Source: an uncultured Candidatus Entotheonella sp.
Lineage (GTDB): Bacteria; Tectomicrobia; Entotheonellia; Entotheonellales; Entotheonellaceae
DNA length: 64,000 nt
Reading direction: 5' to 3'
NCBI GenBank assembly: GCA_965217185.1
Contig: OZ244252.1
Span: 2,528,001 to 2,592,000, forward strand
The notes beneath the pieces are model-generated. The model was given only the letters and a program-made list of their open reading frames with translations, ran no database searches and was not told where the DNA came from. Of this stretch, positions 9,957-20,136 are shown piece by piece (the stretch's first letter is position 1; each line of letters starts with the position of its first letter). The position numbers and the translations under genes were made by a program.

Positions 9957-11234
9957 TTATCCGGCTACGCTCTCGAGGAGCGGCCGCTCGTGGAATCCAG
10001 GCTGACGGCGATGATAGTCGCTGATGACCTCGCGGTAGATGTCGGCGTACCTCGTCGCCATCCGAGTCGTGGAAAAGTGGGTGCCGACGTGCCGTCTACA
10101 AGCCTGCGGGTCGAGGCTGGGCAAGCGGGCTTCGGCGGCGACCATCTCCTCCATAGAGTTCACGACGAACCCGGTACGTCCGGTGGCCACGATCTCCGGC
10201 ACAGCTCCCTCGTCGAACGCGAGCACGGGCGTGCCACAGGCCATGGATTCGAGCAGGACGAGGCCGAAGGGCTCCCGCCACCGAATCGGAAAGAGCGTGG
10301 CGCGGGCGTGCCGGTACCATTGTTTCTTCTGGTCGCCGCCGAGCTCGCCGATGTAGACGATCTGGCCGGAGCCCACCACGGGCTGAATGACACGTTCGAA
10401 ATAGTCTGCCTCAACCGGAACCCGGCTCACGTCGACGCATGCGTCGAGCGAAGGCTCAAGGTCGGCGAAGAACGCGGCATCGTCTGACTTGTTCTGCACG
10501 CACCCGGCGATCACGAGTGTCGAACCCGTCCGCCGAGCGAGTTCAATGGCGCGATCCTGTCCCTTGACGCGTGACACCCTGCCGATCATGAAGAGGTATC
10601 CCCCGGGGGTGGGAGTCGTCTTGAACGGGAAGTCGTTGATGTCAATGCCGTGATGGACCGTGGCCCATGGCTTGACGATGGGCACGTACTCCGCCGATTG
10701 ACTATCGCTGATCGCTACGAAGTACACCGACTGCTTGGCGACGAGATCCCGGCACTCACGGTGAGCGTGGCGCAGGCCGCTTGCGGATGCCGGGACGTGA
10801 AGAGTCATGACGATCGGCACAGGCGGGTTGAAGCTGCCATCATAGATATAGTCCACCCACTCGTGCATGTGGATGATGTCGACATCGCCCATGGTCGTCC
10901 GGTCCAAGGCCGCCGACAGATGACGTTCGATGAGGTCGCGTCGTTCTGCCGTGTCGTCGCACACGTAGTTCCCAAGGCTCCGAGGCACGGTGACGTGCCG
11001 CTCTCCCGAGATCCTCGCATCCGCGCTGCAGGCCACGATGGAGCGATGGCCGCAGGAACGCAGGCCCCGGTGAATGTTTTCGACGATGGTTTCGATTGGA
11101 TTGTAGCCCAGATCTGTTCCGATCGGCTTGTTGAGAGTACCGATATGCAGCACCGTGAGCCTACGGCCCTCCGGCTCCAGCGTCAACGGGGGCGGGGCCA
11201 GCCCATCCTGCTCAGACAGTACCAGCGTCGACAT
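9957..11234 (-). CDS. GT4-family glycosyltransferase
   Basis: EPFGLVLLESMACGTPV, VHHGID and RVKG motifs. Confidence 0.9.
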   Translation of the reverse strand: MSTLVLSEQDGLAPPPLTLEPEGRRLTVLHIGTLNKPIGTDLGYNPIETIVENIHRGLRSCGHRSIVACSADARISGERHVTVPRSLGNYVCDDTAERRDLIERHLSAALDRTTMGDVDIIHMHEWVDYIYDGSFNPPVPIVMTLHVPASASGLRHAHRECRDLVAKQSVYFVAISDSQSAEYVPIVKPWATVHHGIDINDFPFKTTPTPGGYLFMIGRVSRVKGQDRAIELARRTGSTLVIAGCVQNKSDDAAFFADLEPSLDACVDVSRVPVEADYFERVIQPVVGSGQIVYIGELGGDQKKQWYRHARATLFPIRWREPFGLVLLESMACGTPVLAFDEGAVPEIVATGRTGFVVNSMEEMVAAEARLPSLDPQACRRHVGTHFSTTRMATRYADIYREVISDYHRRQPGFHERPLLESVAG

Positions 11235-11799
11235 GTGAGGCTCCTTTCAAAGCTCATGGACTGCGAGCGCCCTGGGGCGCCCACAGCGGGACGGCGACCC
11301 GAACGCGGCGCCGAAAAGAGCCAGGGGGTCGAGAAAAGTGCGACGGCTTTGGTGAGGGCTGGAGCTCAGGACTCGGCGGGGATGCCGAGGGGCAGCGGCA
11401 GGACTCAGTAAGGCACCGAACTTCAAGAGTATACATCCATTGCTCGTTCACCGCTCGTTCACCGTCCGCAGCCGGTAACCGTGCGCCACGTGGTTGGTCA
11501 GCGCGAAGCCCTTCGCGCCCCCGGCGGCGCCGGGGGCGCCGGCTGGGAGACACCTGGCATCTCGACGACGCGGCACACGATGCCGGGCTGCGGGACGATC
11601 CGGATCTCGAAGCAGAGCTCGATGGCCCCGACACGTCATCGCCGGCGATGTGCGCATGTCGCATGATCTGAGCGGTGAGGGAGGGGAGGCTGCGATTCCT
11701 TGGGACGTCGTCTTGACGGCGGGACGACGCGGCTCGGCGTAATGGTCCGCGCGCGCGGCGGCTCGAGCCGCTGGGCTCCGTGCCGCCGGCCGAAGACGC

Positions 11800-12180
11800 G
11801 TGACGGTCTGAGCAGGATCGAGCGGCCGACCCTCGGATGGCTCCCACTGAGGATGAAAAGGTGCAACGGTTCGAGGCACTGGGTATCGACCGGGCCGTGT
11901 TGCCGTACCGGACCTATGGCGAGGGGACGCAGGCGCAGAAACGCTTTTTCGCGCTCAAGTTTCCCGTGGCCGTGGACGCGAAGGCGGCGACGTTTGTGTA
12001 CGTCGATCCGGGGCTCACCACCGATAGCGAGCTGCGGGCGCGGACTTTCGCCGTGCAGGTCGTCGCCATCGGCACGAGCGCAGCGGCGGCGAACCGGGCC
12101 GAAACCGTACTCAAAAGCTGGACGCGCGACGGCGACGGGCAGGGGACGACGGGCTGGCCGACGTGGCTTCGCCTGGGCGA
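11800..12180 (+). pseudogene. fragment of a hypothetical, probably mobile-element protein
   Basis: Protein-like stretch PTEDEKVQRFEALGIDRAVLPYRTYG...FVYVDPGLTTDSELR with no proper start. Confidence 0.4.
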
Positions 12181-12190
12181 CTGGAACAGA

Positions 12191-12227
12191 GGCCGTCCCT
12201 TGCAATCCAGGGCGGCCCTTTTCTTTT
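12191..12227 (+). terminator. putative intrinsic terminator
   Basis: GGCCGTCCCT...AGGGCGGCC hairpin followed by a T-rich tract. Confidence 0.45.
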
Positions 12228-12238
12228 CCACGGGTGCA

Positions 12239-12491
12239 GGAGAGTGCCAAAAAGTGTGGGGCAATCAGGCAGCGCATGCCTCGGTCGCGGGTGTCCTGCC
12301 CGGTCCACGGTTCTGGGGAGGCATTGTTGACACTTGCGAACTGCTTATCGACCACCGTGTCGATAACCCTCTCTACGATCCCGGTAGAGACACCCGATTG
12401 CCACAGCGGTGTCGGTTGGCCGTCTGTGGATCATGTAGCCATATATCCGCACGAATCCGGAACCACTGCCCCACACTTTTTGGCACTCTCC
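12239..12491 (+). mobile_element. 253-bp MITE with IS256-like ends (copy 1)
   Basis: 25-bp TIR GGAGAGTGCCAAAAAGTGTGGGGCA; near-identical inverted copy at 15005-15257. Confidence 0.88.
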
Positions 12492-12492
12492 G

Positions 12493-12962
12493 TTGAGTAA
12501 TGGCGATCCAGGCTGGATTACCAACTACATCTGGGGCATCGCCGACGACGTGCTGCGCGACCTCTACGGGCGCGGCAAGTACCGCGCGTCATCCTGCCCA
12601 TGACCGTGCTACGCCGCCTCGACGCGGTGCTGGAGGACAGCAAGCAGGCCGTCCTGGACATGAAGGCCACCCTCGATGCCGCAGGCGTGGTAGAACAGGA
12701 CTCGGCCCTGCGGCAGGCTGCCGGCCAGGCTTTCTACAACACCAAGTTCATCCTGCGCGACCTGCGGGCGCGGGCCAGCCGCCAGCAACTGACCGCCGAC
12801 TTCGAGGCCTACCTGGACGGCTTCTCGCCCAACGTCCAAGACATCCTCGACAACTTCGAGTTCCGCAACCAGATCCCGCGCCTGTCCCGGGCCGACGCTC
12901 TGGGCAGGCTGGTCGAGAAGCTTACAGCCCCCGACATCAACCTCAGCCCGGCGCCGGGGTAA
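12493..12962 (+). pseudogene. hsdM: type I restriction-modification M subunit N-terminal fragment (frameshifted, truncated)
   Basis: NYIWGIADDVLRDLYGRGKYR / VILPMTVLRRLDAVL...YLDGFSPNVQDILDNFEF. Confidence 0.85.
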
Positions 12963-13038
12963 CCCTTGTTGGGGGCGTGGCTGCGAGGTGGTGTTCTGGG
13001 CATTGGATGAGGGCTTTCAGGAAAAGGGATTGGCGGTG

Positions 13039-14052
13039 ATGTCGAGGGGTGTGGCCGGAAAGGTTCTGGTGGTGCTTCTGAGCGCGGGATTGTGCGCGGC
13101 GGTGACGGGTTGTTCGCTGAGCTGGCTAGGCGAGTGGTTTGGCGGAAAGAACGGCCGGGTAGAGGGCGAGCCGGCGAAAGGCCGTGAAGCGGGGAGCGGG
13201 GCGCCCGCAGATGCGGCAGCTGCTGTAAGTCCCCGCGCGGGGCGGGGGCTGAAGGGCCAGGCGCCGGAGACGCCGGGGGAAGCTGGAGGACCGGAAGCGG
13301 GGGCTGAGGATTACCGGGTGATACTTTCGTTTTCCGACCTGGGCGTCATCGAAATTGTGCTTGAGGGAGAAGGCGCTGCTCAAGGAGCCTGGCGGTCCGC
13401 TGATGCGGAGGCGCGGAAGAGATGCCGCGCCTGGGGCTACGAAGAGGCGGCGGGAAATGTGCCCTTGGAGAGGGTGCGGCTCTATCGGTGCCAAGGAAAG
13501 GTTGCTTCGGAAGGAGACGAGGGCCAGGCGATGCCGGTGTTGTGGAGGACGGGGGATTTCCGGCGGGTCTTGTGGAATTTTCGCAGCCGTGCGGAGCAGG
13601 GTGACGAACAAGCGCTGGAGATGGTTCAGGGACTGGCGGCCCAGCGAGGCTACCTTGAACGCCGTGCTGAAAGAGGGGGTGCAAAGGCGTGGACCGGCTG
13701 GATGTTTTCGGTGCTTATGGCCTCTGGCGGGGAGGTGCGGTCGGAAACCTGGCGGTGTTTCCCCCGTGGGGAAGGCAGGAACAGCGAGTCGGAGGTGATG
13801 CTGGGCTGGCTGAGTGAAGCCGGTGGAGCCTTTGGAATTGGAGAGGTGTTTGCTTTCGGATTGTCGCATCCTGCGGTAGTCAGGGCTTTGGGGCCGGCGC
13901 TTCGCTGGGATTTCGGCAGGGGTCCCTGGCGGGAGCTTCCGCATGCGTTTGTGATCGAGCCAGACGGTGGCGGGTACCACTTCGATGTTTCCAGTTCCGA
14001 GAATGGTCAGACGGAGGCAAGACGGGTCTTTGATTGCGAGGTCTTGCGTTGA
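13039..14052 (+). CDS. hypothetical lipoprotein
   Basis: Hydrophobic N-terminus with lipobox-like VTGC; long open frame. Confidence 0.65.
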   Translation: MSRGVAGKVLVVLLSAGLCAAVTGCSLSWLGEWFGGKNGRVEGEPAKGREAGSGAPADAAAAVSPRAGRGLKGQAPETPGEAGGPEAGAEDYRVILSFSDLGVIEIVLEGEGAAQGAWRSADAEARKRCRAWGYEEAAGNVPLERVRLYRCQGKVASEGDEGQAMPVLWRTGDFRRVLWNFRSRAEQGDEQALEMVQGLAAQRGYLERRAERGGAKAWTGWMFSVLMASGGEVRSETWRCFPRGEGRNSESEVMLGWLSEAGGAFGIGEVFAFGLSHPAVVRALGPALRWDFGRGPWRELPHAFVIEPDGGGYHFDVSSSENGQTEARRVFDCEVLR

Positions 14053-14133
14053 GAGTCAGATGCGCTGCGTGCGGACGGCGTCTGACCACGCCACGAACAG
14101 CCGCAAGGCCAGGGCCAAGCGGCGGCGCAGGCT

Positions 14134-14997
14134 GGCCCAGTAACAACATAGCTGTCATAGAGTGCCAGACTCGGCTACGGCATCTTTGATCTGGACATGC
14201 GTGAGCGCTTGACCATCGAATGGCAAGTGGCTGCCTGACTCATCGCCCTCGACGCTCTTTACCTAATACGCCTTTTGTCAAAAGTGACGAAGGACAGGGC
14301 AAGCTGCCAAGCGGGTCAAAGAGAAGCTGAAGCATGGTGCCCAACGGGCAAAATGTAAAAAGTGGAGATGTCCTGCTGACGGACGGGCATGAGCGCGCTC
14401 GCAACTTCCTGAGCGACGGCGAAATGGACGCGCTCCTTGAGGCGAGTAAAAAGGGCCGCCACGGCGTGCGGGATTTCCTCATCCTGCTCATGATGTATCG
14501 TCACGGCCTGCGAGTCAGCGAAGCCGTCCGCATGCGGCGCCAGGACCTGAACCTCAAACGCGCCCGGGTGTGGATTCGGCGACTCAAGAATGGCCTGTCT
14601 GTCGAACATCCGGTCACCGGTGACGAACTACGAGCGATCAAGCGCTACCTGCACACGCGCCACGACGCCCTGCCGTGGCTGTTTCTGTCTGAACGGGGGC
14701 AGCCGATGACCCGACAATCGGTCAACTACCTCACCGGCGCTGCCGCCCGGCGTGTCGGACTCGGCGCGCTTCATCCCCACATGCTGCGGCATTCGTGCGG
14801 GTTTTACCTGGCTAATCAAGGCTATGGCCTGAGGCTGATCCAGGATTACCTCGGGCACCGCGACCCTAAACACACGGTTCACTATACGCGGGTCGCTGGC
14901 GTTCGGTTCGAGCGGATGTGGGGGACGTGAAACAGGGACGAGGTCAGGGGCGCGACGTCAATTTGGCACTTCAGGACAGCTATGTTGTAACTGGGCC
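14134..14997 (+). mobile_element. non-autonomous element: inverted ends, Tn3 transposase C-terminal scrap and tyrosine recombinase
   Basis: IRs GGCCCAGT(A/T)ACAACATAGCTGTC; YGIFDLDMRERLTIEWQVAA* at about 14176-14238. Confidence 0.65.
14334..14930 (+). CDS. tyrosine recombinase, FimB/FimE-like
   Basis: RHGLRVSE, RLKNG, HPHMLRHSCG and LGHRDPKHTVHY catalytic motifs. Confidence 0.92.
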   Translation: MVPNGQNVKSGDVLLTDGHERARNFLSDGEMDALLEASKKGRHGVRDFLILLMMYRHGLRVSEAVRMRRQDLNLKRARVWIRRLKNGLSVEHPVTGDELRAIKRYLHTRHDALPWLFLSERGQPMTRQSVNYLTGAAARRVGLGALHPHMLRHSCGFYLANQGYGLRLIQDYLGHRDPKHTVHYTRVAGVRFERMWGT

Positions 14998-15004
14998 TGC
15001 ACCC

Positions 15005-15257
15005 GGAGAGTGCCAAAAAGTGTGGGGCAGTGGTTCCGGATTCGTGCGGATATATGGCTACATGATCCACAGACGGCCAACCGACACCGCTGTGGCAATC
15101 GGGTGTCTCTACCGGGATCGTAGAGAGGGTTATCGACACGGTGGTCGATAAGCAGTTCGCAAGCGTCAACAATGCCTCCCCAGAACCGTGGACCGGGCAG
15201 GACACCCGCGACCGAGGCATGCGCTGCCTGATTGCCCCACACTTTTTGGCACTCTCC
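15005..15257 (-). mobile_element. 253-bp MITE (copy 2, inverted)
   Basis: Reverse complement of 12239-12491 with about one mismatch. Confidence 0.88.
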
Positions 15258-15284
15258 TATGCCGAGCCACTCCCTTGCTGCCGA

Positions 15285-15572
15285 TCAGGCAAGCCTTGAA
15301 CGGTCACCACGCTGATCCCAGACACGCAGTACTTCGATTCGGTCATCAACGACTCGGTAGATGAAAGAGAACGGCGTGCGCGGGATCGAGAATTCTCGCA
15401 CACCCTCCATCTCTTCGACTGGACGGCCCACCAGCGGATTATCACGGATAACGCCGCAGGTCCTGCCATACTGGTCGGCGGCGCGCTTCGCGCCATCCGG
15501 GAAGATGTGAGCGTAGTAGGTGCGCATCCACAGCAAATCCGAACGTGTGGACGGCAAGAAGACAAGCTTCAT
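15285..15572 (-). CDS. type II toxin, RelE/ParE family
   Basis: 95 aa; PLVGRP..GVREF..TPFSFIYRV..IEVLRVW. Confidence 0.85.
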   Translation of the reverse strand: MKLVFLPSTRSDLLWMRTYYAHIFPDGAKRAADQYGRTCGVIRDNPLVGRPVEEMEGVREFSIPRTPFSFIYRVVDDRIEVLRVWDQRGDRSRLA

Positions 15573-15575
15573 CGG

Positions 15576-15860
15576 TCACTGCGAAGCGATTTGAACATCG
15601 GGTTCGGGCGGCGGAAGTTCCGAGTCCTCGCCCCAGGAAGAAACCCAGGCGTCCATCGCCTCCTGCGAGATGAAGGCACCCTCGCCGGCTTCCGAGACGG
15701 CCGCGCGGATGGCGGCTCGTTTCTCGGCCCGGTCGCGCAACATGGCCTCGATCGCCTTGACGGCAAGGTAGGATGCAGAACGCTCCTCGCGCCTTGCTTC
15801 CCGTTCAAGGTTCTTCTTGAGATTCGCGTCGATTCGCAAGCTCAATCGTTCTGTCGTCAT
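15576..15860 (-). CDS. CopG/RHH antitoxin
   Basis: MTTERLSLRID...ERSASYL...FISQEAMDAWVSSW; directly upstream of the toxin. Confidence 0.82.
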   Translation of the reverse strand: MTTERLSLRIDANLKKNLEREARREERSASYLAVKAIEAMLRDRAEKRAAIRAAVSEAGEGAFISQEAMDAWVSSWGEDSELPPPEPDVQIASQ

Positions 15861-16105
15861 ACGGCAAATCCTCTGTATGGGTCGGCGGTTGTCGGACATG
15901 GTATGACAGTTGAATAGGTTTGTCGAATCCCGGCCCGCGACAGGTGCCATCTCGCGATCATGCCAAGCAGGTGTCCGTATAAGGCCCCTCTCTTGCAAAA
16001 TTAACCGTACCATGTAAATGATACACATATCGGGCCGTTTTCCGGCACTTCGATACGGCGACACGATGTTACGTTGAACCCCTCCTCTTACGGACACCCC
16101 AGCAG

Positions 16106-16690
16106 ATGACAGCAACCCTGATCGGCTACGCCCGTTGTTCCACGGACAAGCAAGACCTGACGGCGCAGAGGCAGGCACTCGCCGAGCTCGGCGTCGCATC
16201 GGATCGCATCTACATGGACAAGGGTCTGACCGGCACCAACCGCGCTCGGCCCGGCCTGGATCAGGCCATGGCCGCAGTGCGCAAGGGTGACACCCTGGTG
16301 GTGCCAAAGCTGGACCGCCTGGCGAGGTCGGTTCCCGATGCGCGTCACATCGCCGATCAACTGCAGGCCAAGGGGGTGAAGCTCGCCTTGGGCCGAAATA
16401 TCCATGACCCCAGTGACCCGATGGGCAAGATGTTTTTCAATATCCTGGCTACCTTTGCCGAGTTCGAGGCGGACCTGATCCGGATGCGTACGCGAGAAGG
16501 GATGGCCATCGCCCGTGGTGCCAAGGGCAAGTTGCGGGGCAAGCAGCCCAAGCTTTCCGAAAAGCAGCAACGGGAACTCTGCCGCATGCACGCCACCGGC
16601 GACTATTCCATCGGTGATCTGGCTGAGGTCTTCGCCGTATCGAGACCCACCGTCTACCGGACGCTCAGCCGCGCGGCTCCTTCCACATGA
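16106..16690 (+). CDS. serine recombinase/resolvase
   Basis: LIGYARCST, KLDRLARS, FAEFEADLIRMRTREG, C-terminal HTH. Confidence 0.92.
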   Translation: MTATLIGYARCSTDKQDLTAQRQALAELGVASDRIYMDKGLTGTNRARPGLDQAMAAVRKGDTLVVPKLDRLARSVPDARHIADQLQAKGVKLALGRNIHDPSDPMGKMFFNILATFAEFEADLIRMRTREGMAIARGAKGKLRGKQPKLSEKQQRELCRMHATGDYSIGDLAEVFAVSRPTVYRTLSRAAPST

Positions 16691-16829
16691 ATCGACCTCT
16701 CCCCGGTGCCATGTGTCAGCGGCGAAGAACCCTGCCACTGGATGCACCGCACCGGATACGTCGACGTCTTCACGGCCAAGACGTCCGGATTTCGCGTCAG
16801 CCAGGGCTATCCCGAAGGGGCTCTCCACA

Positions 16830-16858
16830 ATTTCGCATTACCCCGGGTTACGTAAACC
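16830..16858 (+). other. dif-like site downstream of the Sel1 gene
   Basis: ATTTCGCATTA-CCCCGGG-TTACGTAAACC. Confidence 0.62.
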
Positions 16859-16875
16859 GTCGATGGCGGTGGGGA

Positions 16876-17709
16876 TCACTTCTTGGAAGGCGACACGTAA
16901 TCTTTCGTGTACTGCCGGGCAAGTTCCTTTGCCTCAGCGCGCGCTTCGAGGGTCATGGATTCAGCGAGATCGTCCCTGACGTGCTCAGCATCCTTATCAC
17001 CTTGAGCAGCGACAACATCGAACCAAGCGTAGGCTTGGACATAGTCTTTGGGCGCACCCTCGCCGTTGTAATACATGACACCCACTTTGAATTGCGCCTT
17101 GGCAAAGCCCTGCTCGGCAAGTCGCTTCCATACCTCGTAGGCAGAGGCATAATCCCCGCGTTCGTAGGCCACCCTGCCTTTTTCGAAGATGCGCTCGCGG
17201 ATGACTTCCCGGTATTCATCCGCAAGGTCTTTTGCGTTGGCGAGTACTTCGGGGGCCAGGGATTCAGCAAGTTCATCCCTGGCCTTCCCAGCATTCTTAT
17301 CGCCTTGAACGGCGGCGTTATCGAACCAGGCGTAGGCTTTCACATTGTCCTTTGGCAGAACCTGGCCGTCCCTGTAATTGAGGCCCAGGTGGGCTTGCGC
17401 CTTAGGGTGCCCCCGCTCCGCGGCCTTACGATACCAGTTCATGGCCTCAAGCGGATTCCACGGTACAACCCTGCCGTATTCGTACATGGCACCTAAGTGG
17501 AGTTGCGCCTCGGCGTATCCCTGCTCTGCCAGCGGGCGAAATTCACGCAGAGCAGCCTCGTAATCACCCCGCTTGTATGCTTCCAGGCCGGCCTGCAAAT
17601 CCGCCGCATGAACTGACCCGAGCAGGACGACAATCAATAGCGCGAGCACCATCCATGCGGCGCCATGACGTACCAACGGCGGGCGCCCCAATGTACCTTC
17701 ATGTGTCAT
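16876..17709 (-). CDS. secreted Sel1-like repeat protein
   Basis: Signal peptide; AEQGYAEAQ..LG.MY and AEQGFAKAQ..GVMY repeats; two similar halves. Confidence 0.9.
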   Translation of the reverse strand: MTHEGTLGRPPLVRHGAAWMVLALLIVVLLGSVHAADLQAGLEAYKRGDYEAALREFRPLAEQGYAEAQLHLGAMYEYGRVVPWNPLEAMNWYRKAAERGHPKAQAHLGLNYRDGQVLPKDNVKAYAWFDNAAVQGDKNAGKARDELAESLAPEVLANAKDLADEYREVIRERIFEKGRVAYERGDYASAYEVWKRLAEQGFAKAQFKVGVMYYNGEGAPKDYVQAYAWFDVVAAQGDKDAEHVRDDLAESMTLEARAEAKELARQYTKDYVSPSKK

Positions 17710-17735
17710 GGCTTGTTCTTCTCTGCTTACTCATG

Positions 17736-17746
17736 ACTTCGCATAA
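17736..17746 (+). other. XerC-arm half site (XerD arm lost)
   Basis: ACTTCGCATAA just upstream of the Sel1 gene; followed by CCATTGCTGG, as in the 147-bp sequence. Confidence 0.45.
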
Positions 17747-18535
17747 TCCTCCATCCACCATTGCTGGCTCTGATCGGAAAAGTAGCCCTGGTCAGTGGCC
17801 TTATTTTGCCAGATCGGGGCGGGATCAAAGCATCCCCTGGCCAATCCCGGAAAATGTTGTCGGGGCAGTACAGCAACTGTCAGCCGCCTCGTTTGTTATG
17901 CAAAAGCAAAAATCGGGTTTTGGGGAGAAAAAAGGCAGGGTCAGGCAGGCTTGGTGCGGGAAAGCGCGTGTTTTTGCTTTGCGGATAAGGTGCGTCTGCA
18001 CGCCAGGGGATGGCGTGGACCGGCGCCGGCATCGATGCCGGCACGCCGGGGAATCTTGGCTGATTCAGCCGGTTTCGTCGGGGGCTTCGTCGGAAACGTC
18101 CTCGGCTTGTGTCGAGCCTTCGGCGGGCGCCTGGACGCTTCCGCCAGGGCCGGGCAATTCCAGGGAGCCGGCATCCCCCGACACCTCGAGGTTCTAATCA
18201 AGCCGCATCGACAGGGCCCTCCGCGCCGGGCAACTCGAAGTCCGCCCGCGCCTTGGCGACAACATCATCGAAGATCATGCCCGGCGGCAGATCCAGGTCG
18301 GCATCGATCCCCGGATACGTGCGACAGGTCACGCTAGCCACACCGCCCGGAACATCGACTTTCGATGCACTCTCTCGTTTGAGCGTGCGCCAGGCGCCGC
18401 CCACGAAGAACTGGTGGCAGTCCGCACAAAACCGCCGCACGTTCACTGCAGGCCAGGTAGCCGCCTCAGCTTCCGTGTCCGGACGGCAAAGCAGATTCCG
18501 TTCATGCTGACAGGCCTTGCTCACACCGTCTCCTT

Positions 18536-19024
18536 TCACCATTCGCACCGCTCGTCCGGCGCCGGTTGAAACCACAGCCACCGCCGCGCGCCCGTTTGCT
18601 TCGTTGTCCAACCGCGCGCCAATAGCAGGGCGCGCAACGCTTCCTTCTGCCGATTCGTCTTCACACTGACCGCCAAGCCCTCCAGGGAACACGCCCTGCT
18701 GAACGGCACACCGCCTTTCGGTTTCGCCGGGGCTTCCAGGACCTCCGCCACGTCGACCGGCGTCGGCACCACCGCTTCCAAGACCTCCGCCACGCTGACC
18801 GGCGCGCGCGCCTCTACCACCGTCGCGACCACCGGGCCCCCAGGCAGGCAGTTACCGCAGACCACCTTCCGGCGACCGGCCTTCACGTCGGCTTCAAGCC
18901 CTCGCGTGCTCCCTGGCGATAGCACCGCCAGGGAGCACGGCGCGTCGCAATCCGCACACCTGGGCCGCCAAGTCGAAAGAACGCGATCCCCCTTGCTGAG
19001 TTCGTCCGCAATCATGGCCGTCAT
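18536..19024 (-). CDS. hypothetical protein with CxxC pairs
   Basis: ORF with CADC and CGNC and an internal VAEVLEA repeat; 5' region hit by a mini-Tn3. Confidence 0.45.
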   Translation of the reverse strand: MTAMIADELSKGDRVLSTWRPRCADCDAPCSLAVLSPGSTRGLEADVKAGRRKVVCGNCLPGGPVVATVVEARAPVSVAEVLEAVVPTPVDVAEVLEAPAKPKGGVPFSRACSLEGLAVSVKTNRQKEALRALLLARGWTTKQTGARRWLWFQPAPDERCEW

Positions 19025-19028
19025 TGTA

Positions 19029-19881
19029 GGCGTCATCGCAAGGTTTGTATCCAGAATTACGCTAGGCCACGTAACCCGGCTGCACGGCTTCAGCGTGCCG
19101 CCTTGGCGATCCTGTAGGCTGTTGCCCTACCAATGCCCAGCTGTTTCGCGGCCTGTCCCGGCGTCAAGCCAGCCTCGGCAAGGGTTTGCGCGGCTGAGAC
19201 GGTCTCCCGGTCGAGTGGCGGCCGCAATACCGTCGCGCGTGCGCTCGGAGATGAGCCGACGCTCGAAGTGGGCGATTGCTCCAAAGACATGGAACACCAG
19301 TTCGCCGGCGGCCGAGGTCGTGTCGATGCTTTCTTCGAGGCTGACCAGGCGGATGTCGTGCGCCTTGAGGTTCTCGACCGTTTCGAGCAGTTCCTTGAGG
19401 GGGCGCCCGAGGCGGGTGACACAGAGGCTGTCGCCGGGGCGGGCATGGTCGACCAGCGCGCTCAATCCTGGACGCTCGAACTGTCGTCCCGAGATCACGT
19501 CGACGAAGACACGGATGGCGCCAGCCTGCCGCAGCCGGTCTTCCTGGGCGGCCACATCCTGCTCAGCGGTCGATACGCGGGCATAGCCAAGAACATCGCC
19601 ACTGTGTGTCCTCTTGCCTGTTTCTTTAACGTCCGCTTTAGGGATGGTCTTGCGGCGCTCCACTTTGGTCCCGTTCAAGGCACTCAGATTGTCTCTTTAT
19701 CCGTCTCAATACTTTGGGAGGTCTCAAAACGGCAGACAGCCTTTTGGAGACGCGCCATGGCGTCAAAACGCCTTCTCCTGAATGCCTGTGGGGCAAGAAT
19801 CCGTGCGTAGAAAACCGAAGCCATTCAGGATGCCTTGGCCTTCCTTACCGTAATTCTGGATACAAACCTTGCGATGACCCC
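19029..19881. mobile_element. mini Tn3-family element carrying only a resolvase relic
   Basis: 38-bp IRs GG(C/G)GTCATCGCAAGGTTTGTATCCAGAATTACG at 19029-19066 and 19844-19881; flanks TTGTA/TTATA. Confidence 0.85.
19090..19600 (-). pseudogene. serine resolvase with small deletions and a frameshift
   Basis: LGYARVSTAEQD; LDR missing before LGR; HTH in another frame. Confidence 0.8.
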
Positions 19882-20086
19882 TTATAGTGCATTTCTACAC
19901 GAATCGGGCTGGTACCCTCATTCAGGGGGCTACCCCGATTCCTGCGACGAAGGCGACCAAGAATTTGACTCACGGCTTCCTGAGGCGATGGGATGAGCCC
20001 AGGTGGGACACGGCGATTCTGGCGTGCCACCCCGGCCGATGGTTGGCTGATGCGGGATCGCGTCGGTCCACCCTTCCTCCAGCAGA

Positions 20087-20119
20087 GCCCAGGCAGGGTC
20101 ACGGTTGACCCTGCCTGGG
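20087..20119 (-). terminator. hairpin downstream of the Hsp20 pair
   Basis: CCCAGGCAGGGTCA-CGGT-TGACCCTGCCTGGG. Confidence 0.5.
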
Positions 20120-20136
20120 AGATTTCAGGCCGTCAG

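Noticed and set aside
12239..12491. TTGGCACTC/GAGTGCCAA as a CIRCE heat-shock operator
   Set aside because: Wrong order and spacing; these are MITE terminal repeats.
14334..14930. Tyrosine recombinase as an integron integrase for the cassettes
   Set aside because: Short FimB-like protein lacking the IntI-specific insertion; no attC-like structures recognised.
17941..18692. Small minus-strand ORFs
   Set aside because: No recognisable motifs or clear starts; cannot be supported as genes.
16843..19079. CCGGGTTACGT inverted pair as element ends
   Set aside because: Only 11 bp; one copy is part of a dif-like site and the other lies inside the mini-Tn3; no TSD.
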